Source: Planctomycetota bacterium
Lineage (GTDB): Bacteria; Planctomycetota; GCA-002687715; DRQF01
DNA length: 64,000 bases
NCBI GenBank assembly: GCA_036479435.1
Contig: JAZGFI010000113.1
Coordinates: forward strand, 25,689 to 89,688
Direction: 5' to 3'
A program made the position numbers and the translations under genes. Below, piece after piece: positions 61,839 through 64,000 of this stretch (its first letter is position 1; every line of letters starts with the position of its first letter). Under the pieces are notes generated by a model that ran no database searches, was not told the origin of the DNA, and saw only the letters and a list, made by a program, of their open reading frames with translations.

Positions 61839-63851
61839 ATGTCTCGTGACATGATCGAAAGCCTCTTGCAGCGTGAAGTGAACCGTCGACCTGAGATGAT
61901 CCGCGTTGAGAAGCGCATTCTTTTTCTCGTCGATGATGCAGATGCCATCAGGAGCCAGCTTGCGGGCGAAGATCTCGCCTGGCCACATGGTCTGCCACTG
62001 CGCAACAACATTTCGACCGATGAGATCACGCCAGCTTACATCTGCTACTACTTCGATGACACGCTCGGAGAGTTTCCCTACCTCGGTTTTCAAGCCGGGG
62101 AGGAATTTCCGATTGTGCGGGGCTTGGTCAAAGCGGGCGGCTTCGAGGTTTCCGTTTCGGGCCAACGTCGAGGCAAGGGGTCGAGTCGCGAACAGAGCCC
62201 CTACGCCGAGATGCTCGCCGGGATCAAGATCGTCATCGCTGAGAACATCGAGCGGATCTATCGCGAGAATTGTCACAATCTCGGTATCTTGACGAGCACG
62301 GACTTCAGTCTGATTGACAAGATCCGCAACGGCGAAGATCTGTCGCTGTCCGCCTTCACCAAAGGCCTTGACGACATCTCGCGACAGATCGTCGAATTCG
62401 GTGGCTTGTTTAATTACAACGTCGCGCGGATGCAGGGCAAGGCCACCGTGGCCGCGATCACGACGGAGAAACGCCCAATGACTCTGGGCGAGAAGATCAT
62501 CGCCCGACATTTCGTCACCGATCTCACTCAGAACCAAGTCGGTGTTCCCTACGTCAAGGTGGGCGATACGGGATTCGCTCGAACCGACATTCGTTTCAGC
62601 CATGAGTACGTCACGCCGATGGCCGCGGACTTCTTTGAGAGTCTCGTTGGCAAGGACGAGAAAGTCGTCAGCCCCGAGAGCATCTTCTTTTTCCGCGACC
62701 ACCTCACCTTCCTCGACCAGGCGATGACGGACGAGCGCAAAAAGATGGGCTTGCTAGAGGTCGCGAACCAACTGGAAGTGAAGCAGCGCAAGTTTTCCGA
62801 GAGCCAAGGTATCCGCCTTCACGGCGAGATTGATGGTGACGTGAAAGGCAGTGAAGCGATCTGCCACAGCAAGGTGAGTCAAGACTACGCCGAGCCTGGA
62901 ATGATCATCATCGGCAGTGATAGCCATACTCCTCACAGCGGCGCGCTGGGGTGTATTGCATTCGGGGCGGGAACGACCGCTATTTTCAACAGTTGGGTAA
63001 CGAATGACATCCAACTCAGTGTGCCCGGCACCGTGAAAATCGAGATCACTGGCGAAAAGCCCGACAACGTAACCGCGAAAGACCTCATGCTTGAGATCTT
63101 GCGTCAAGAATACGTCACGACGGGCAAGGCGATCGGCAAGATCCTCGAATACTGTGGCCCCGTCGTAGAGGCTCTCGACGTCGATGAGCGTGCGACCATG
63201 ACCAACATGGCGGCGGAAGTGGGGGCCTTTACGGGAATCGTCAAACCCGACGATAAAACAGTCGACTACATTGTCCGCACCCGTGGCAGCGAGCGCGCCG
63301 AGGTCCAAGCAATGCTTGATGGCCTGTTTTCCGACGACGACGCGGCTTACGAAAAGATCATCGAGATCGATGCGACCCAGGTCAAACCCATGGTGGCGCT
63401 GCCGGGCGACCCGGGCAACGGCCTGAATGTGGAAGACTTGACCGAAGGAGTGAAGATCGACATCGCCTACGGCGGCAGTTGCACTGCGGGCAAAAAAGAA
63501 GACATGGACATGTACGCCCGGGTCTTGGCCGAGGGTGCCAAACGCGGTGAGAAGGTCGCCGTCGGCGTCAAGTTCTACATCCAGTTCGGTTCGCAAGAAG
63601 TGAAGGCTTATTGCGAAGAACAAGGTTACGTTGAGTTGTTTGAAAACTCGGGCGTCGAGTTGATCGAACCGTCCTGCGGTGCCTGCATCAACGCGGGACC
63701 CGGCGTCTCCGACAACCGTGACCAGATCACCATCTCCGCGATCAATCGCAACTTTCCGGGCCGCAGCGGTCCCGGTCAAATGTACCTCGCCTCCCCGCTA
63801 ACCGTGGCCGCGAGCGCCCTAGCGGGAAACATCGTCGTCTACGAAGAGTGA
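61839..63851 (+). CDS. Aconitase-family hydro-lyase: N-terminal swivel (LeuD-like) fused to LeuC-like domain
   Basis: NISTDEITP, GKGSSREQ, ERIYREN; then MTLGEKII, GSDSHT, GSCT, CGAC, NRNFPGR, YLASP. Confidence 0.9.
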   Translation: MSRDMIESLLQREVNRRPEMIRVEKRILFLVDDADAIRSQLAGEDLAWPHGLPLRNNISTDEITPAYICYYFDDTLGEFPYLGFQAGEEFPIVRGLVKAGGFEVSVSGQRRGKGSSREQSPYAEMLAGIKIVIAENIERIYRENCHNLGILTSTDFSLIDKIRNGEDLSLSAFTKGLDDISRQIVEFGGLFNYNVARMQGKATVAAITTEKRPMTLGEKIIARHFVTDLTQNQVGVPYVKVGDTGFARTDIRFSHEYVTPMAADFFESLVGKDEKVVSPESIFFFRDHLTFLDQAMTDERKKMGLLEVANQLEVKQRKFSESQGIRLHGEIDGDVKGSEAICHSKVSQDYAEPGMIIIGSDSHTPHSGALGCIAFGAGTTAIFNSWVTNDIQLSVPGTVKIEITGEKPDNVTAKDLMLEILRQEYVTTGKAIGKILEYCGPVVEALDVDERATMTNMAAEVGAFTGIVKPDDKTVDYIVRTRGSERAEVQAMLDGLFSDDDAAYEKIIEIDATQVKPMVALPGDPGNGLNVEDLTEGVKIDIAYGGSCTAGKKEDMDMYARVLAEGAKRGEKVAVGVKFYIQFGSQEVKAYCEEQGYVELFENSGVELIEPSCGACINAGPGVSDNRDQITISAINRNFPGRSGPGQMYLASPLTVAASALAGNIVVYEE

Positions 63852-63968
63852 CATCGCGATGCTGCGAGCCTAAACGGTGCCAGATGAGATGAGAGGGCCG
63901 GCCTCCGTCGTCGAGCTCACCTAAAATGGGGCTCAGTGTTTTTCTCAAAACAAAAACGGAGACCGGCC

Positions 63969-64000
63969 ATGAGTAACGATAGCGAATTTGTAATGGGCGT
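63969..64000 (+). CDS. Probable start of next gene (partial, MSNDSEFVMG...)
   Basis: GGAG 7 nt upstream of ATG; open to window edge. Confidence 0.4.
   Translation, partial: MSNDSEFVMG

Overview
A GC-rich (roughly 60% by eye) bacterial chromosomal segment, most consistent with a Planctomycetota-type genome (inferred from protein families; no database check was possible). Housekeeping genes include smc (partial), truA, hpf, yvcK, ptsH, ptsI, rne/rng, rplU, rpmA, obgE, coaX, an mnmE-like GTPase, pyrB, an EF-G paralogue, tatD, nrnA, ETF-QO, tRNA-Cys, a ferredoxin and an aconitase-family gene. They are interleaved with a dispersed type IV filament system: pilM-N-O/P-Q, two PilT-family ATPases, a GspC-like TM-HR-PDZ protein, pilD, pilC, a TPR protein and a pilin. 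No PilB is in the window. Accessory envelope genes include two Cys-polyGly lipoproteins (one Ig-like, one a phage-fibre/spike-like beta-helix), a divergent beta-barrel, a PPC-domain secreted protein and a 1775-aa tandem Ser/Thr kinase receptor. Main leads: (1) a recurring sigma28/FliA-like promoter motif (~[CT]NAAG-N15/16-[GT][CT]CGAT) upstream of the pilus genes, both lipoproteins and the dual kinase, suggesting one co-regulated surface-contact apparatus; (2) the fibre + beta-barrel divergent module; (3) three neighbouring apparent pseudoenzymes; (4) PilO-PilP, PyrB-PyrI(Zn) and LeuD-LeuC-type fusions. No CRISPR, prophage, IS or rRNA was seen. Start codons were adjusted by eye where an RBS or the homologous N-terminus suggested it.
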